The notes under the pieces are model-generated. The model did not search any database. It was not told where the DNA came from and saw only the letters and a program-made list of their open reading frames with translations. This document shows, piece after piece, positions 59,781 to 64,000 of a stretch of 64,000 bases of DNA. Each line of letters opens with the position of its first letter. The stretch's first letter is position 1. Made by a program: the position numbers and the translations under genes. Source of the stretch: Ranitomeya imitator (taxonomy: Eukaryota); assembly GCF_032444005.1 (NCBI RefSeq), contig NC_091283.1:373674001-373738000 (forward strand). The letters are read 5' to 3'.

Positions 59781-62411
59781 TTAAGAAGGGACTGGATGCC
59801 TTTCTTGAAAAGTATAATGTTACAGGTTATATATAATAGATTCCTTGATAGGGAACTAGTCTGATTACTGTATGTGGAGTTGGGAAGAAATTTTTTTCCC
59901 TAATGTGGAGCTTACTGTTTGCCACGTTTTTTTTTTTTGCCTTCCTCTAGATCAACATGTTAGGGCATGTTAGGTTATGATATGAGTTGAACTATACGGA
60001 CTTAAAAACTATGTCACTATGAGGTGTTCGGAGCGGAGCCGTGTGTATAAGGTGTACGGAGTGGAGCCGTGTGTTCAAGGTATATGGAGCGGAGCTGTGT
60101 GTGTATGGAGGGGAGCCGTGCCAAGCGTGTACGAAGCAATGCTGTGTGTGTGTACCCGGAGCGGAGCCGTGTGTTTGAGGTGTACAGAGCGGAGCGTGTA
60201 ATGCCATGTATTCCAGTCATTATACACACAGCAGAGTAGCATGTAGAAGCCCTGTTAGAGGAGCAGACCAGACCATGTAGCCATAGATGACAGGTGAGGA
60301 TATGATCTTTCCTGGCTTATACATTGTACAATGTGAATACAAATAGTATGAATTGAATGCAATGATTGACGTCAGATTGAGCGATCAACATGAACCCCTT
60401 CTTACAGGATGACCGCACATTGTGAAGGATTCTCTGCCATCAAATATATAAAACTTTTTACTTACCTGATTATCTTTTTGTCAAAATGAACCTTAACCTC
60501 TTACCGCTGGGGTCAATTTGCATTTTTTTCCCCTCTTCTTCCAAGAGTCATATCTTTTTCATTTTTCCACTAATTCAGATGCATTGGTATGTGGGGTGTC
60601 CAAAAGCTCATTGCTCCATTCTGCCCCCTCAATTAAAATTCTGCCATGTTAACCAATTGGCAACATACAATTGTGTCACAGAGGAGCCAATGGGTGCAAA
60701 AAAAATTGTGATCCTAGATCATGCACCATTGCTCCAATCTCTGCTATTTGTATCAAATGCCAGCTGTATAACACAGCCAGCATCTGCAAGGCGTAGTACA
60801 GGCTCAGCACCTGAGCCAGCATCCAACATGCGCGTCACATGTTGGGAGGTCATCAAAAGGTTTGTCAACTACTAAGAAATTGATAACTTAACCTCAGGAT
60901 AGATCATCAGTATCAAAACGATGTATATCTGACACCCAGCACTTCCACAGACAACTATTACCAGCTCTTGTAACAGCCTGATATAAACGTTGCACAGAGC
61001 AGACAACATGCTCAGCTACTATTCATTTACACATCTGTTTTCTCAAATGCAAAAATGAACCAATTTTCACCTGTTTTTCTTGAATGTAAGAAAAAAAAAA
61101 CTTATCCCACGCTTCTAGCTAGTCAGTGAAAATCAGAGAGCACATGGCTGTAAGTCAGATGATATCAGTGTGGTGTCTGTTTTTTTGCTTTTATACAAAG
61201 CCATGACCAAGGTTAGTAAGGGAATGGGTGGACTGTACGAACAAAAGAGCCAAGAAAGGGTGGGAAGGCCATCCCTGATATCTCCACCCGCCTGCAGACC
61301 TCCTTTGTCTGTGAGTCAAGAGAGGTGCTGCGGGCAGGTCCATCTCTTACTTCTTCCTTGAAAGAGGCTCAACTGAGACAAGAGGGACAACTCCTACTCC
61401 TACAACTGGACGACTCCCTGGTTTTACGGAAACGTCGGATTCCTAGGGAAACACTAACTGATTTGTTGAAGCCAAAGATTATCCACGAATTTATCAGAGC
61501 CAAGGACAAAGAGGAAAACATTGCAGCACTTCATGCCAGCATCCTTTTTGTGGTTACTGGGAATAAACTGCAATCAATTTCTATTCATCTGAATCCTTAC
61601 CAGCAGCGCAGCACACCAACATTACTCCCTTTGGTCTAAATCGACGTTGGTCTATGCAACCGGCAAAGCAGCAGCAGCTGAGATATTGCTATCTAAGGCT
61701 ATTCAATTCCTGTGGTTTCACAGCATCACACGGTAAGCACACAAAAAAAGCAAAATGGTTGGTGCCCGATGGGCCCTATTTGCCGATCCTTAGTCAGAAA
61801 GACTTTCCTCAAACTGATCGCAGCCAAGGAAGAAGAGGAGAACATTCCAGTACTCCTCTGCATGCATAAAACCATGTGGACTAATGTGTTGTCGAATAGG
61901 TTGACTAATGGGCACAAAGCAAATAAAATAGTAGGACTCTTTAAAAGAGGCACAGATGTTTATGACAAGAAACTAACTTTGCCCCTATACAAGTCACTAG
62001 TCAGACCATTTTTCATTGCACAGTAACAAGATTCGGGAGTTTGCAGTTATATACTGTACAGTGACTGTAGACCTTTTAGTTAAGCCCTAAAATCCCCTTT
62101 AATCCTTAGGCTATTAAAGAGCAGTGTGTATTTTGGTGACTCATCATCCCATTTGTTTGATGTGTGGTTGCTCCATGTTTTGTATTTTTGGTTTGTAGAC
62201 TGTTTAGGTTATGATTTATGCTCAATTTGCAATCGGAGTTCAAAATGAGTGCATGATTGAGTAAGTGGAAATAGATTACCCCCGTCTCACCTGCGATATG
62301 TGTGATATCTTTCTGGCACTAGAGGTCCTGTTCTCTTCCTCTTTGAGTAGGCTACTTGCATGCTATTCTAGCACATGCAGTATGGGAGACTCTCTAAGTC
62401 TGATGTACATA

Positions 62412-63246
62412 CAGGTACATCTCAAAAAATTAGTGTGAAGTATCCACAACCAATGATGGTTTTTGGAGCCATGTCATCTGCTGGTGTAGGTCCGCTGTGC
62501 TTTATCAAGACCAAAGTCAGAGCAGCTGTCTACCAGGAAATTTTAGAGCACTTCAGGGAATTTAGATTGTGAGCCCCATCGGGGACAGCGATGATAATGT
62601 GTGCAACCTGTAAAGCGCTGCGGAATATGTTAGCGCTATATAAAAATAATAATTATTATTATTATTACTTCATGCTTTCCTCTGCCGACTAGCTTATTGG
62701 AGATGAAAATTTCATACTCCAGCAGGACTTGGCACCTGTCTACACTGCCAAAAGTACCAATTCCTGCTTTAAAAACAACAGTATCACTGTGCTTGATTGG
62801 CCAACAAATTCGTCTGACCAGTATTGTCAAAAGGAAGATGAGACACCAGACCCAACAACGTAGATAAGCTGAGGGCTGCTATCAAAGCAACCTAGGCTTC
62901 CATAACACCTCAGCAGTGCCTTAGACTATCACTTCCATGACACGTTGCATTGATTCAGTAATTGATGCAAAAGGAGCCCCGACCAAGTAGTGCCTTTACT
63001 GAACATACATTTCAGTAGGCCAACATTTCGGATTTTAAAATCATTTTTAAAGCTGATGTTTAACGAGATAATAACTTTTGGGTTTTCATTGGCTGTAAAT
63101 CAATCATCAACATTAACAGAACTAAACACTTAAAATAGATCATTCTGTGTGTAATGACTCTATAATATACGAGTTTCACTTTTTGTATTGAAGAACTGAA
63201 ATAAATTAACTTTTTGATGATATTCTAATTTTGGGAGATGCATCTG
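62412..63246 (+). mobile_element. Internally deleted Tc1, same family as 46938-48125
   Basis: TA TSD; left TIR reduced to ~22 bp and fused to the mid-transposase. Confidence 0.85.
62556..62666 (+). mobile_element. L2-type 3' tail insertion
   Basis: tagattgtgagcccc..gcgctgcggaatatgttagcgctatataaaaataat..; 6-bp TSD ACTTCA. Confidence 0.85.
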
Positions 63247-63354
63247 TAGATTATTCCAATTATCTCTTAAGAAGGGATAATGTTCAGAAACAGAAAGTGA
63301 CCTATCAAATTCCAAAAAGTCTGCAATCCATGGTGTAATTTGTCCTTTATTGTT

Positions 63355-64000
63355 TACCCTTTTAATCCCATATGACGTACTATCCCGTCGAGGTGGGGTG
63401 GGCCTTAATTCCCACTGACGGGATAGTACGTCATAGCGATCGGCCGCGCTCACGGGGGGAGCGCGGCCGATCGCGGCCGGGTGTCAGCTGACTATCGCAG
63501 CTGACATCCGGCACCATGTGCCAGGATCGGTCACGGACCGCTCCTGGCACATTAACCCCCGGCACACCGCGATCAAACATGATCGCGGTGTGCCGGCGGT
63601 ACAGGGAAGCATCGCGCAGGGAGGGGGCTCCCTGCGGGCTTCCCTGAGACGATCGGTACAAGGTGATGTGCTCACCTTGTACCGAGCGTCTTCTCCCTGC
63701 AGGCCCCGGATCCAAAATGGCCACGGGGCTGCATCCGGGTCCTGCAGGGAGTACTTCTGGGTCGACTGCAGGTGCTGGTAAGTCTGCAGCGATGTGAGTG
63801 AGATCGCCGATCTTACAGAGTGCTATGCAAACTGTAAGATCGGCGATCTGTGATGTCCCCCCCTGGGACAAAGTTAAAAAGTAAAAAAAAAAATTTCCAC
63901 ATGTGTAAAAAAAAAAATTAAAAAAAAATTACTAAATAAATTAAAAAAAATATTATTCCCATAAATACATTTCTTTAAAAAAATAAAAAAATAAAAGTAC
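63355..64000. mobile_element. Left part of a piggyBac-type non-autonomous element, running off the window
   Basis: ccctt..tgacgtactatcccgtc left end; internal short palindromes; poly-A/T spacer. Confidence 0.5.

Larger units (their letters stand above)
57330..60017 (+). mobile_element. CR1 3' fragment interrupted by Tc1 and a T2 MITE
   Basis: QCQAAAAKAN..LYKSLVRPHLEYC..LEKRRLRSDLITMY resumes after 59261; ctatgtcactatg tail. Confidence 0.9.
57150..60200. repeat. 30-bp minisatellite copy 3, split (57150-57328 and 60018-60200) by a composite insertion
   Basis: Same unit on both sides of the CR1/Tc1/MITE block. Confidence 0.85.

Noticed and set aside
1-64000. tRNA, rRNA or prokaryotic defence/operon systems
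   Set aside because: No recognisable structural RNA genes or bacterial gene organisation; the sequence is intron-containing, TE-rich vertebrate DNA.

Overview
Vertebrate nuclear DNA, very likely anuran (frog), inferred from the TE families and the zinc-finger gene style; it is not prokaryotic. The backbone is a tandem cluster of minus-strand KRAB-like/C2H2 zinc-finger genes. ZNF-A has its CDS at 17698-31785 and ZNF-B at 40740-46638. Each has six coding exons with conserved phases, which I reconstructed by hand. Each gene is preceded by a ~520-bp non-coding exon-1/promoter cassette and a 30-bp CpG-rich minisatellite. A third cassette at position 1 implies another paralog off the left edge. Most of the rest is heavily nested mobile DNA: a near-complete DIRS1-type tyrosine-recombinase retroelement (inverted LTRs, ICR, apparently intron-containing gag), CR1, L2 and L1 LINE pieces, Penelope-like elements with hammerhead-like motifs, an Ngaro-like recombinase fragment, several Tc1 copies, hAT and Harbinger fossils, and many MITEs with readable target-site duplications. 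Top observations: (1) the promoter cassettes are far more similar to each other (~97% by hand count) than a coding exon of the genes they precede (~85%); (2) a non-coding 424-bp-unit tandem/inverted insert has a 15-bp TSD; (3) the DIRS gag appears to need a 79-nt intron; (4) ZNF-A has lost a splice donor but has an in-frame cryptic rescue site. Most long ORFs in the track over minisatellites are artefacts. All alignments and counts were done by eye, with no database searches.
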